From a bacterium (lineage in GTDB: Bacteria > Verrucomicrobiota > Kiritimatiellia > SPBP01): a stretch of DNA of 46,252 bases. Below the pieces are notes generated by a model, which saw only the letters and a list, made by a program, of their open reading frames with translations, ran no database searches and had not been told where the DNA came from. A program made the translations under genes and the position numbers. Below are positions 36,815-46,252 of this stretch, piece after piece; position 1 is the stretch's first letter, and each line of letters starts with the position of its first letter. Location of the stretch: NCBI GenBank assembly GCA_037134535.1, contig JBAXMA010000003.1:1-46252 (forward strand). Reading direction: 5' to 3'.

Positions 36815-37405
36815 TCAAAGTGTTCCTTTGCTGGAGGGAACACCTTTGACGCGGGCATCCTTGCTGCAAGCCATACTCAGAGCCTTTGCCATCGCCTTGA
36901 AAACCGATTCGTAAGCATGATGTGCATCCACGCCGTAAAGCTGTGCGACGTGGAGGTTCATCCTGCCCTGAACGGATAGCGCGCGCAGGAACTCTGGAAT
37001 CAGCCCCAGATCGAACTTCTCAATCTTCTTCCCGCGGTGAGCGAAGTCGCAAACGAGATATGGCCTGCCGCCCAGATCAATAACCGCGCGGGCAAGGGCG
37101 TCATCCATGGGCACATAGCTCCAGCCATAGCGTGTAATGCCTTTACGATCTCCGAGGGCCTTGTTCAGCACTTCGCCCAGAGTTAGTCCGATATCCTCAA
37201 CTGTGTGGTGGGCGTCTACTTCCAGATCGCCTTTGGCCACTATGACCATATCAATGCTTGAATGTTTGGCAAAAAGTACCAGCATGTGGTCAAGGAATGG
37301 CAGGCCGGTGGTAATCCGGCTCTTTCCGCAGCCATCAAGATTGATCTCAACCATTACATCTGTCTCTCTTGTGGTCCGCTTGAGCTTTGCGACGCGCTTC
37401 TTCAT
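36815..37405 (-). CDS. hisB: Imidazoleglycerol-phosphate dehydratase
   Basis: RTTRET, FLDHML, DAHHTVED, PMDDAL, HHAYESVFKA, VPSSKG. Confidence 0.97.
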   Translation of the reverse strand: MKKRVAKLKRTTRETDVMVEINLDGCGKSRITTGLPFLDHMLVLFAKHSSIDMVIVAKGDLEVDAHHTVEDIGLTLGEVLNKALGDRKGITRYGWSYVPMDDALARAVIDLGGRPYLVCDFAHRGKKIEKFDLGLIPEFLRALSVQGRMNLHVAQLYGVDAHHAYESVFKAMAKALSMACSKDARVKGVPSSKGTL

Positions 37406-38499
37406 AAGTTACCTTTCCGGTTACCGGTCCTGGATCCGCAGGCCGAAGGCGCCCTTGCCAGCTCCAGTTCATCAATTGCATTGATCAGTTTATCGACCTG
37501 CTGGTCAGTTCCGATCGTGATACGCACAAAATCGCGCGTTCTGGGACCGTCGAAGTACCTTACCATAATCAGTCGATTCCTCAAGCTTTCATAGAATACC
37601 CTTGCAGATACCACGGGAGGTCGCACCCAGAAGAAGTTTGTCTCGGACGGATAGACAAACACATCCCTTTCGGCGAGGAGTCCGGCAAGCCGTATGCGTG
37701 TGTTCTTGATTTGGCGGACATTTGCCCGCATGTGCCGCAGGTCGGACAGGGCGGCAAGTGCCAGATGTTGTGCGATGGTATCTGTGTTATATGAGTCCTT
37801 GAGTTTAAAGAGCGCGGCAATCAAAGGCTTGGCCCCTATTGTGTAGCCGACCCGCAGCCCGGCGAGCGAATAGGCTTTCGACAAGGTCCGGACAACCAGA
37901 ACGTTGGAACGTTTCATGGCCAGATCCATGCAATGCGCACTGGCAAAGTCCACATATGCCTCGTCTATCACGACAACACCGGGCATCTGTCTGCAGAAAC
38001 GGCTTACGGTTGCCTTGTCATGGAGCATGCCCGTTGGCGCATTGGGATTAGTCAGGAAGAAGAGCGAGGTATTGTAACCGCGCGGCATTTGCCAGGAGAA
38101 TCCGGCGGAGAGCTCGACCGGTCGGACAGGGACGTCACGGATAAGTGCCAGCACCGGATAGAGGGAGTAGGAGGGATTGAAAAACCCGATGGAACCGGTA
38201 TCTTCGACAAAAGCTCTTGTGCATAAGGCCAGTACCTCGTCAGACCCGTTGCCGACGAAGACGTTGTCCACATCGCAGCCGTGCACTGCCGCGATTCTCT
38301 GCCGCAATTTCAGTGCTGTGGGATTGGGATACAGGCGCAGTTCTTCAATGGATATGGCTTGCAAAGACTTCGCGACCATAGGTGAAGGAGGGTAGGGGTT
38401 CTCGTTTGTATTGAGTTTCACTATCCCGGGGTCCCTGGATTGCTCGCCGGGTACGTAGCCCTGCATTGTTTGAACCGATCTTTTTATCAGTTTCTTCAT
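37402..38499 (-). CDS. hisC: Histidinol-phosphate aminotransferase
   Basis: YVPGEQ, KLNTNENPY, GNGSDE, NPNAPTG, DEAYVDF, RTLSKAYSLAGLRVG, RITIGT. Confidence 0.96.
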   Translation of the reverse strand: MKKLIKRSVQTMQGYVPGEQSRDPGIVKLNTNENPYPPSPMVAKSLQAISIEELRLYPNPTALKLRQRIAAVHGCDVDNVFVGNGSDEVLALCTRAFVEDTGSIGFFNPSYSLYPVLALIRDVPVRPVELSAGFSWQMPRGYNTSLFFLTNPNAPTGMLHDKATVSRFCRQMPGVVVIDEAYVDFASAHCMDLAMKRSNVLVVRTLSKAYSLAGLRVGYTIGAKPLIAALFKLKDSYNTDTIAQHLALAALSDLRHMRANVRQIKNTRIRLAGLLAERDVFVYPSETNFFWVRPPVVSARVFYESLRNRLIMVRYFDGPRTRDFVRITIGTDQQVDKLINAIDELELARAPSACGSRTGNRKGNL

Positions 38500-38508
38500 T
38501 GCGACGCC

Positions 38509-39228
38509 TTATGGATTACTTGCTGCCGGCTTCAGGCCTGCACCCGATATTATTAAGACACCATCAGAGGGGAGTTCGCTTTTCCGGGATCGGCTCCCGT
38601 ACAATGCCCTCAGGACCGCTTCATTCAGTTCCGCACTTGCGGATGCGGTCTCCAAAAACACATGACTGACACTGCCGTGCTCGTCAACCTCCACGAAAGC
38701 CCGGATTGTCCATGCTTGTTCATGCTGCGGAAGTGTAGCCGCGACCAGAACCGAGGTGTCAAATTCTCTGACCTGTAGTTTGGCTGATACGTTGATGCGC
38801 ACCAATCCCGTAGTTGTTACTGCGGGAGCTTGAACGAAAACCGGAGTGTCAACATATGCACGTGTGAGCCGCGCAACGGGATCGTCCTGAAGGCTGAGCT
38901 GGAGAGAGGATGTCCCCGGGCCGGAAGACCGTTCCATCAGTTTTGTCAGATCAGTCCGGTCCTGAGTGGTGGCTTCTGTGTCATCGAAATCCTCACGGCC
39001 TATTTCGCCGGAGCCCAGTAGCGGACGTACCAGTGCAGTGGGGTCCCGCAGGTTGCTTGCAGGTGCCGATCTGAACACATATCTAGTGCCTTGAAAACTC
39101 ATACCGCCCGTTTGAGGAACTCCTTTGGTCGAAGGCCAGAGGAGCCATATCGCGAAGAAGGAACACGCCGTCATGACCGCTACAAGTGAGTCGACCGGAA
39201 TGGCGTGGACAAAACGGGTCTTATTCAC
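38509..39228 (-). CDS. TonB/TolA-like membrane-anchored protein with TonB C-terminal-like domain
   Basis: Probable GTG start overlapping the exbD stop. One TM (VAVMTACSFFAIWLLWP), a polar linker, and C-terminal VEVDEHGSVSHVFLETASASAELNEAVLRAL. Follows exbB/exbD. Confidence 0.6.
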   Translation of the reverse strand: MNKTRFVHAIPVDSLVAVMTACSFFAIWLLWPSTKGVPQTGGMSFQGTRYVFRSAPASNLRDPTALVRPLLGSGEIGREDFDDTEATTQDRTDLTKLMERSSGPGTSSLQLSLQDDPVARLTRAYVDTPVFVQAPAVTTTGLVRINVSAKLQVREFDTSVLVAATLPQHEQAWTIRAFVEVDEHGSVSHVFLETASASAELNEAVLRALYGSRSRKSELPSDGVLIISGAGLKPAASNP

Positions 39229-39736
39229 GAGGTCGCTCTCCTGTGCGTCTGCCGGCGAGATGAACGGTCTTGATGCCTGCCTTGGCCGCCACAGTGCAGA
39301 GCCTGGCAATGGTTCCATACTCAACGTGGACATCCGCTTCAATAACAAGAATGGTCTCAGGGTGCTCGCTTGCGGTCCTGAAAAAACAGCGTGTAAGTTC
39401 CTGCATCTGCAGCGGGTTATCAACCGCGAAGGGTTGATCAGCGAAAAAAATCAACTCGGAGCGCACGGCGCTTGCGGTGCTTTGTTTGTGCGAGAGGACA
39501 ACGGCAGTGACGCTGTGAGTTCCCGGCTGGGTGAGGGAACCCTCGGGTAATTCAATGCGCCGGCCAGGCGGAAGGACGAGCCGTGGGGCGAGCAGGATGA
39601 ATGCGCCGAGTAAAACAAGAAGATTCAACCAGGGCGCAGCATTAATCAAGCCCCCGCCGATCCTGGATCTGGGCCGGTATCTGGTGCGAAGGCCGTTGCG
39701 GCACCAGCCATATGTCTCTTCTGCATTTCTGATCAT
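39221..39736 (-). CDS. exbD: ExbD/TolR-family protein with Asn at the conserved TM Asp
   Basis: INAAPWLNLLVLLGAFILL TM, IELP, and LVIEADVHVEYGTI..AAKAGIKTVHLA periplasmic domain. Confidence 0.85.
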   Translation of the reverse strand: MIRNAEETYGWCRNGLRTRYRPRSRIGGGLINAAPWLNLLVLLGAFILLAPRLVLPPGRRIELPEGSLTQPGTHSVTAVVLSHKQSTASAVRSELIFFADQPFAVDNPLQMQELTRCFFRTASEHPETILVIEADVHVEYGTIARLCTVAAKAGIKTVHLAGRRTGERPRE

Positions 39737-40344
39737 TGTCGACTCGTGAGAAAAGCAACGATTTCTGAAGCCGTTCGCTCCATTTCAACTGTCAGTGCCT
39801 CAATCTTTCCTACTACGAGATTGTACGCGGCATAGCATGGTATGGCCACGGCAAGCCCCGTTGCGGTCGCGACAAGCGCCTGTTTGAGCCCGAGAGTGAC
39901 GGCGGCAGATTGCCACTGTGAGGCTTCCATGTCGCCAAGCAGTGTCATGAGTCCGAGCACGCTGCCCAGGAGTCCAAGCAGCGGTGCGATCTGGGCCACG
40001 GTGGCAATGATGCCGACACGAGCCTCAAGCCTTGATATCTCGGACAACCCTGAGTCGTTCACGGCGGCCTCCAGTATCTCCCGCTTCTCCGCTCTGTGAA
40101 GGATGGCCGTCTTTGTTATCCTGGCTACAGGTCCGGGTGTCTCCTCGCAGATTGTAACAGCCTCTTCCATATTTCCGGCTTTCAGGATATTCAGTATACC
40201 CTTCAGGAAGTCGTCAGACTTGATTCGTGCCCGGTGAAGATGAAAGCCGCGCTCCACGAAAGTGACAAATGCTGCTGCACCGCAAAGAAGGATCACCATG
40301 ACCACCCACAGCACAGGGCCGCTGCATTTCAGTATTTCCGACAT
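39733..40344 (-). CDS. exbB: MotA/TolQ/ExbB proton-channel family protein
   Basis: IATVAQIAPLLGLLGSVLG and QALVATATGLAVAIP; three TM helices. Confidence 0.9.
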   Translation of the reverse strand: MSEILKCSGPVLWVVMVILLCGAAAFVTFVERGFHLHRARIKSDDFLKGILNILKAGNMEEAVTICEETPGPVARITKTAILHRAEKREILEAAVNDSGLSEISRLEARVGIIATVAQIAPLLGLLGSVLGLMTLLGDMEASQWQSAAVTLGLKQALVATATGLAVAIPCYAAYNLVVGKIEALTVEMERTASEIVAFLTSRQ

Positions 40345-40400
40345 TCTATTTCTCCTCTCAACCAGCCGGTTCTGTACGCAACAGGCGCAAGAAACGCGGA

Positions 40401-42968
40401 CTAGGGTAATATCCAGAGCTGGAGCCGTATTTTGTCAATTCGCTTCTTCGCCTCGTCGGCCGCAGGAACACCTGCATCTACAATCCGCTTGAGTATCCTG
40501 ATTGCGTCCTGCCACTTCTTCTGAGTTTCCCGCCGTTCCACAATATCAAAGGCAGCCCTGGTAAACCAGACCTGGCATGCGGGATATTCACGCAGAATCT
40601 GCCTCGGATCGTCCAGATACGGGATCATTACCTTTGAATAGAGCTGCTCCATAGCTTCTTCATACCGCTGCATTTTTTGCAGGCAGGCGCCTATCTTGTA
40701 CTGGGCCTGAAGTTTGAGATCGGGAGGTGCAAGAGACTTCTCCGCAACGAGTTTGTATGATGCTATGGCAGATTCATACCGGTTGGTGTCGCCTGTTCCC
40801 AGTGCGAACTCACAGTCGGCCTTCCTGAACCAGGCCATCTCGACAAGATCGCTCCCTCCGTGCTTGTTTATGATCTCCTCGAATATCAGTATCGCTTTCG
40901 CGTACTCCCCAAGTTCAGTCGTGGCGTCTCCCTGTTCGTAGCGGGCCTTCGCCAGTCCCGGCCAGGATGGATATATCGTCACAAGTTTCGAAAAGTATTC
41001 TATAGAGTTGAGATACTCTTTCTGCTTTGCGGCCGATCGGCCGGCGGCGAGCAGGGCTGCCGGGGCAATGGTGCTGTTTGTGTAGACCGCTGCGATGTCC
41101 GCAAACTGCTTTTCAGCCTCTTTAAAGCTGCCATGGTTGAATGCGTACTCTCCGAGCCGGAACAGAACCTGAGGCGTCCATTTCTTTGAAGCCGGGTATG
41201 TGTGGAGGAATGTGCGCCAGGCAGCCAATGACTTCTCCTCCGGTCCGAGGACTTGAAGGCAGCGACAGCGCAAGTAGGCCGCCTGCTCCGCGGCTTCCGC
41301 CTGAGGGAAACGATTGACGAGCTTCTCAAAGTCGCCCAGGGCGGTTTCGAAAAGTAAACTCCGGTAGTTGATCAGACCGCGGGCGAGCAGAGCTTCGGCC
41401 CACAAGGCACTGTTGGTGTATGAGGTCATCAGTTGATCGTAAACGGCAAGTGCGGCGGTCAGTTCACCCTGATCCTCCTTGATCTCTGCGATTCGCAGAA
41501 GCGCCTGATCTGCGAATGGTCCGGCAGGATTGGTCGCGATCACAGTCCTGAAGAATTTCTCGGCGTCGACGGGTTTCTTTGTTCTCGCGGCACACTCGGC
41601 GATCTGGAACATTGCTTGCGGCACAAGAGTGGAATCGGGAAAGTCCGAGAGAACCTGTTCATACGCCTGAGCTGCAAGACCGAATTGGCCGTTACTGAAA
41701 CGGCAGTCGGCGGTCTTGATCAGGCACTTCACCTTGTCTGCGGGCGCTGTGAAAAGCAAATAGGCTTGCCGGAAGGCGTCGGCAGCCTCCTCGTAGGCCG
41801 GCTTCTGCCGGAGAAGCAGGGCCCAGCCCTTGCCGCTGAAGGCTTCTGCCCTGCCCGGTTTGTCCGAAAACGTCTCCAGATAGTGCTGGTAGGCCTCAAC
41901 TGCACGGTCGGCATCGCCTGCCTGAAGAAATGCAGCGGCCAGCTCAATCTGGAGCGCCTGTGCAGCCGGGTCCGGAGGATTCGCGGCAATATACGGCTTC
42001 AGCATTGCTGCGCCCTCATCCAATTGCTTCATCTTAAGCAACAGTCCGCCAAGTGCAATTTCACCCCGTCTCTTAAGCAGACGATCAGGGGCGAGACCCA
42101 CTGCTGTTGACAGGGCATTGGTTGCTTCTGCCAGTTTGCCCTGTGATTCCCGAATCCCTGCCAGAAGAATCAGGGCTGCGGTTTTATGAGCAGGTTCTAC
42201 GTCACCTTGTTCGATCAGAGGAGCGAGTACAGTCTCTGCTTCCTTCGGGTTGCCGGAGTTTGTCAGGATTCGACACAGGAGCAGCCGTGCCTGCCGGGAG
42301 TCATCGGTTTCCGGGGATCGCGCGATGAGCCTGCTGAGCACATCCTGCGCGCGCGCATGCTGTCCTGCGGCAGTGAGCGTCCTGGCCCAGTCCAGCGTGC
42401 TGGCCCCGTGGTCAGCCTGGTTGCCGGGCATCGCGTTGATTTGTGCGAACACCTGGAGCGCCTCGTTCGTATTTCCGTTTTGCAGATGACAATCCGCAAG
42501 AAGCCGGAGGGCATGAATGGCATATGAGTCATTCCGGTATTTACCGCTGAAGTCGGCGAGTGAAACAGCCACCTTGTCGTATTGCTTAAGCTCGTACTGG
42601 GCCATTGCGCGCCAGTAAGCCGACGCGGCGTCGCCCACCGGAGAAAGCAGAGCAATCATTTCGGTGAATTTCTTCTGACCATGATAGGCCTTGGCAAGCA
42701 GGATAGCGGCCCGGTCTGACTCGGGCGTGCCGTTTGTTGTGCTGGCAAGATACGACTGGAATATACCTTCAGCCAGCCCGTAGAAACCATCTTCCATTGC
42801 TGCCTGACCGGTCTTGAGAAATTCCGCGGGTGCCGGGTTAACTGCGTAGCAGGCAACAGCCGCCATAAAGGTCAGCACAGAGGCCAGTATCAACCAGGCT
42901 CTTCCGGCACCACTGTTATGGGGCCGGAACACTGGTCGCTCTATTTCAACTTTAGCCAGTTGTTTCAT
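40401..42968 (-). CDS. Large exported tetratricopeptide-repeat protein (CpoB/BamD-like repeats)
   Basis: N-terminal hydrophobic segment and many repeats of the type YEQVLSDFPDSTLVPQAMFQIAE or FEKLVNRFPQAEAAEQAAY. Confidence 0.88.
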   Translation of the reverse strand: MKQLAKVEIERPVFRPHNSGAGRAWLILASVLTFMAAVACYAVNPAPAEFLKTGQAAMEDGFYGLAEGIFQSYLASTTNGTPESDRAAILLAKAYHGQKKFTEMIALLSPVGDAASAYWRAMAQYELKQYDKVAVSLADFSGKYRNDSYAIHALRLLADCHLQNGNTNEALQVFAQINAMPGNQADHGASTLDWARTLTAAGQHARAQDVLSRLIARSPETDDSRQARLLLCRILTNSGNPKEAETVLAPLIEQGDVEPAHKTAALILLAGIRESQGKLAEATNALSTAVGLAPDRLLKRRGEIALGGLLLKMKQLDEGAAMLKPYIAANPPDPAAQALQIELAAAFLQAGDADRAVEAYQHYLETFSDKPGRAEAFSGKGWALLLRQKPAYEEAADAFRQAYLLFTAPADKVKCLIKTADCRFSNGQFGLAAQAYEQVLSDFPDSTLVPQAMFQIAECAARTKKPVDAEKFFRTVIATNPAGPFADQALLRIAEIKEDQGELTAALAVYDQLMTSYTNSALWAEALLARGLINYRSLLFETALGDFEKLVNRFPQAEAAEQAAYLRCRCLQVLGPEEKSLAAWRTFLHTYPASKKWTPQVLFRLGEYAFNHGSFKEAEKQFADIAAVYTNSTIAPAALLAAGRSAAKQKEYLNSIEYFSKLVTIYPSWPGLAKARYEQGDATTELGEYAKAILIFEEIINKHGGSDLVEMAWFRKADCEFALGTGDTNRYESAIASYKLVAEKSLAPPDLKLQAQYKIGACLQKMQRYEEAMEQLYSKVMIPYLDDPRQILREYPACQVWFTRAAFDIVERRETQKKWQDAIRILKRIVDAGVPAADEAKKRIDKIRLQLWILP

Positions 42969-45833
42969 TTACTTGCCTGTCTGCATAGCGGATTCATCAA
43001 ACCATCGGCGCAGCACCTGCCCCGTGTGGGATTCCACGCACCGGCTCACTGTCTCAGGGGTTCCGAAGGCGACCACTCTTCCGCCATCGTCACCACCCTC
43101 AGGGCCAAGATCAATAATGTAGTCTGCGTTCTTTATAACGTCGAGATTATGTTCAATGACCAGCACTGTGTTCCCGGCATCCCTGAGACGCATTAACACA
43201 AGAAGAAGCCGGTGAACATCGGCAAAATGAAGCCCGGTGGTGGGCTCGTCGAGAAGGTACATGGTCCGGCCGGTAGCAACCCTGCTCAGTTCTGCCGCCA
43301 GCTTGACCCGCTGCGCTTCTCCCCCTGAAAGCGTGGTTGCAGACTGACCGAGCTGCAGATAGCCGAGGCCGACCTCGGACAGTGTTCTGAGCTTCCGTTC
43401 GATTGCAGGTATGTTCTTGAAGAATTCAAGTGAATCATCAATTGTCATGTTCAACACTTCCGAAATGTTTTTCCCGTTGTACCTGATCTCGAGTGTCTCG
43501 CTGTTGTACCGCAGGCCGCCGCACTGCTCGCAGGTTATATAAACGTCCGGCAGAAAGTGCATTTCAAGGCAGAGCAGTCCGTCTCCCTTGCATTTCTCGC
43601 AGCGCCCGCCCTTAACATTGAAGCTGTAACGGCCTGGTCCGTACCCGCGGACTCGCGACGATGGAACTTCAGCGTAAAGTTTGCGGATGAAATCAAAAGC
43701 GCCGGTATAAGTGGACGGATTGCTACGCGGCGTCCGGCCTATCGGCGACTGATCAATGACGATGACCTTGTCGAGCCTGTTGATGCCGAGCATTTTCCTG
43801 TACTTGCCGGGCCGGTCGCGAGTCTTGTTCAACTTCTGAAAGAGCGCCCGTCTGAGGATGTCGTCGACAAGCGTGCTCTTTCCGCTGCCAGAAACCCCTG
43901 TAACACAGACGAAAAGTCCCAGAGGGATCTTTACATCAATATTCTTCAAGTTGTTTTCTGAGGCACCCAGAATCTCGATATACTGCCCCGATGGTTTGGC
44001 GCGCTCGCCGGGACAGCTTATTTTCAGCGCACCGCTCAAGTAACGGGACGTGAGTGACTTGTCGTTGGCAATAAGTTCGTCAAATGTGCCCTGGGAGACG
44101 ACCTGGCCGCCATGTCTTCCGGCTCCGGGACCAAGATCGATGATATAATCCGCGGCGCGCATCGTTTCCTCATCGTGCTCGACAATCACCACAGTATTGC
44201 CGCGATCACGCAGGCGCTTCAATGCATCCAGCAGGCGCTCATTGTCGCGGTGGTGCAATCCGATGGTCGGTTCATCCAGCACGTAGAGCACCCCTGTGAG
44301 CCCTGATCCGATCTGAGTTGCCAACCGGATCCGTTGTTCCTCGCCGCCGGAGAGTGTTCCACTTTCCCTATCGAGGGTCAGGTAGTCCAATCCGACGTTC
44401 TTCATGAAACCCAGGCGTTCCCGGATTTCCTTCAGGACCTCGCTGACTACCGACTGTTCCTGTGCGGGCAGGGGCAGGGAGGTGAAGAATGCGAAAGCCT
44501 GCTTGATGGACATTCTCGTTATGTCGACGATTGACTTGTCGCATACGGTACAGGATAGAATTTCGGGCTTGAGCCGCGCTCCGCCGCACGCGGGGCAGGT
44601 CTGCCGGTTCATATAGCCGCGCAGTCGCTGTCGCGTGAAGTCGCTTTCGGTCTCCTCGTAGCGTCGTTTCAAGTTGGGAATGATTCCCTCGAACGGCTTC
44701 TGGTACTTGCGGTACGCGCCCCCGCGCCAGAATCCGAACTCGACGGTATCGACGCCTGAACCGTAAAGGAGCGTCTGCTGAATCCCCGGCGCGAGATCCT
44801 TGAACGGGGTGTCGAGACTGAAGTCGTAGTGCTTTGAGAGCGCACGAAGGAGCCCGTTGTAATAGATGATCAGCCGCCGGCCGCCTCTACGCCAGGCATG
44901 TATGGCGCCTCCGGAGATCGACAGGGCAGAGTCCGGAATGATCATCTCCCTGTCGAAGAACAGATCGGTGCCGAGCCCGGCGCAGGACGGACAGGCGCCG
45001 TAGTGGCTGTTGAAAGAAAAATGCCGTGGAGTGAGCTCCTCGAAACTTATGCCGCAGTCCGGGCACGCGTGTTTTTCCGAAAATAGTTCTTCGAGCCACG
45101 GCCCCTCTCCGTCAGCCTGCTGGAGAGTGATCATGGTACCGCCACCTTGCTTGAGGGCCAGCTCCACTGAATCGGTCAACCTTGGCCTTACTTTGGTCGT
45201 AATGATCAGGCGATCCACTACGGCATCAATTGTGTGTGCCTGTTTCGGGTTCAATACGGGCAGGCTGTCGAGATCATGCATTTCTCCGTCAACACGCACT
45301 CGAACAAAGCCCTGCTGCCGGACAGTTTCGAAGATTGCTTCATGCCTGCCTTTCTTGCCGCGAATAAGAGGAGCAAGGAGAACCGCTTTTGTACGCACGG
45401 GGAGCAGCTGGAGCCTTTCGACAATCTGCTCCGCGCTCTGACGTTGGACCGCCCGGCCACACCTTGGACAGTGAGCATGGCCGATGTTGCCGAACAAAAG
45501 GCGGAGGTAGTCGTGCACTTCCGTGGTCGTTGCCACGATTGAGCGCGGATTAGAGCCGGCGGTGCGCTGCTCGATTGCGATCGCAGGCGAGAGCCCGTCG
45601 ATATAGTCGACGTCAGGCTTCTGGAGCCTGTCAAGGAACTGGCGAGCGTAGGCGGAAAGGCTCTCCACGTATCGCCGCTGTCCTTCAGCGTAAAGCGTGT
45701 CGAAAGCAAGAGATGACTTGCCTGAGCCGCTGAGCCCCGTAATGACTGTGAGCTTCTCTCGCGGTATTCGGACAGTAATATTCTGAAGGTTATGCTGCCG
45801 GGCTCCGGCAACAGTAATCCAGCCGCTACTCAT
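42969..45833 (-). CDS. uvrA: Excinuclease ABC subunit A
   Basis: [31 protein letters not shown], zinc fingers, [49 protein letters not shown] before ATG 45833. Confidence 0.98.
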   Translation of the reverse strand: MSSGWITVAGARQHNLQNITVRIPREKLTVITGLSGSGKSSLAFDTLYAEGQRRYVESLSAYARQFLDRLQKPDVDYIDGLSPAIAIEQRTAGSNPRSIVATTTEVHDYLRLLFGNIGHAHCPRCGRAVQRQSAEQIVERLQLLPVRTKAVLLAPLIRGKKGRHEAIFETVRQQGFVRVRVDGEMHDLDSLPVLNPKQAHTIDAVVDRLIITTKVRPRLTDSVELALKQGGGTMITLQQADGEGPWLEELFSEKHACPDCGISFEELTPRHFSFNSHYGACPSCAGLGTDLFFDREMIIPDSALSISGGAIHAWRRGGRRLIIYYNGLLRALSKHYDFSLDTPFKDLAPGIQQTLLYGSGVDTVEFGFWRGGAYRKYQKPFEGIIPNLKRRYEETESDFTRQRLRGYMNRQTCPACGGARLKPEILSCTVCDKSIVDITRMSIKQAFAFFTSLPLPAQEQSVVSEVLKEIRERLGFMKNVGLDYLTLDRESGTLSGGEEQRIRLATQIGSGLTGVLYVLDEPTIGLHHRDNERLLDALKRLRDRGNTVVIVEHDEETMRAADYIIDLGPGAGRHGGQVVSQGTFDELIANDKSLTSRYLSGALKISCPGERAKPSGQYIEILGASENNLKNIDVKIPLGLFVCVTGVSGSGKSTLVDDILRRALFQKLNKTRDRPGKYRKMLGINRLDKVIVIDQSPIGRTPRSNPSTYTGAFDFIRKLYAEVPSSRVRGYGPGRYSFNVKGGRCEKCKGDGLLCLEMHFLPDVYITCEQCGGLRYNSETLEIRYNGKNISEVLNMTIDDSLEFFKNIPAIERKLRTLSEVGLGYLQLGQSATTLSGGEAQRVKLAAELSRVATGRTMYLLDEPTTGLHFADVHRLLLVLMRLRDAGNTVLVIEHNLDVIKNADYIIDLGPEGGDDGGRVVAFGTPETVSRCVESHTGQVLRRWFDESAMQTGK

Positions 45834-45892
45834 ACAGGAATCCTCCACTGCTTTCCGGATGCGGAGACGTGACCTCGGGACCCGGTGGCTCG

Positions 45893-46252
45893 TCAGACGA
45901 TCTTGACAAGATGGAAGCTCTTCCTGCCGGAACGCATGACGAGGATGCGGCCATCGATAATCTGGTTTCTTTGCACAACAACATCAGCGGAGCTCGCCCG
46001 TTCGTTGTTGATGTACAGACCGCCGCCGGTCGCCAGGCGACGCGCTTCGCCCTTGCTTGCACATAGTCCGGCAGCAACAGCCACCTCGATGGCGGGACGA
46101 TCCGCCACCTTGTCGGGAGCAAGCTCAGTGGACGGAACGTCGGCGAAAATATCGACAAGGTCGGTTGCCTGCAGACCTGCCATTGATCCACCGAACAGTA
46201 CATCAGTAGCCCGTAAGGCCGCATCAAGACCGCTTTGACCGTGAACAAGCCG
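45893..46252 (-). CDS. tyrS: Tyrosine-tRNA ligase, C-terminal S4 domain (5' part outside the window)
   Basis: The frame is open to the window edge: RLVHGQSGLDAALRATDVLFGG...GLCASKGEARRL..GGLYINNER...LVMRSGRKSFHLV. Confidence 0.93.
   Translation of the reverse strand, partial: RLVHGQSGLDAALRATDVLFGGSMAGLQATDLVDIFADVPSTELAPDKVADRPAIEVAVAAGLCASKGEARRLATGGGLYINNERASSADVVVQRNQIIDGRILVMRSGRKSFHLVKIV

Noticed and set aside
39229-39423. Upstream extension of the 304-aa TonB-like ORF
   Set aside because: It overlaps exbD extensively; a GTG at 39228 next to the exbD stop is more plausible.
1-46252. CRISPR arrays, tRNA/rRNA genes, IS elements, prophage
   Set aside because: I saw no regular repeats, RNA gene signatures, transposase, integrase or phage genes. 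Intergenic gaps are all short.

Overview
A gene-dense stretch of bacterial chromosome with no rRNA, tRNA, CRISPR or mobile element that I can see. The gene set suggests a diderm, possibly PVC-group (Kiritimatiellota/Verrucomicrobiota-like) anaerobe; this is inference only. Housekeeping genes are mnmE (partial), nrdR, purC, etfB/etfA, a LexA/UmuD-like repressor, hppA, hisC/hisB/hisA, uvrA and tyrS (partial). Several accessory modules between them contain proteins whose catalytic residues are replaced. (1) A secreted NucA/Serratia-type endonuclease homologue lacking the DRGH active site sits directly upstream of a CHASE2 class III adenylate cyclase, with a convergent MBL-fold hydrolase; this is a candidate nucleic-acid-sensing cAMP module. 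(2) A protein ending in a His-less HisKA domain is coupled to a PAS kinase and degenerate receivers. (3) A six-gene envelope operon has an active Deg/HtrA protease, a paralogue with all three triad residues replaced, a membrane-anchored helical protein, a transglutaminase-like enzyme and an ABC exporter. (4) A TPR-ExbB-ExbD-TonB-like cluster has an ExbD with Asn at the essential Asp position. The LexA-like gene has a perfect TGAAC-N4-GTTCA palindrome between its -35 and -10 boxes. All calls come from reading motifs by eye; no database searches were run.
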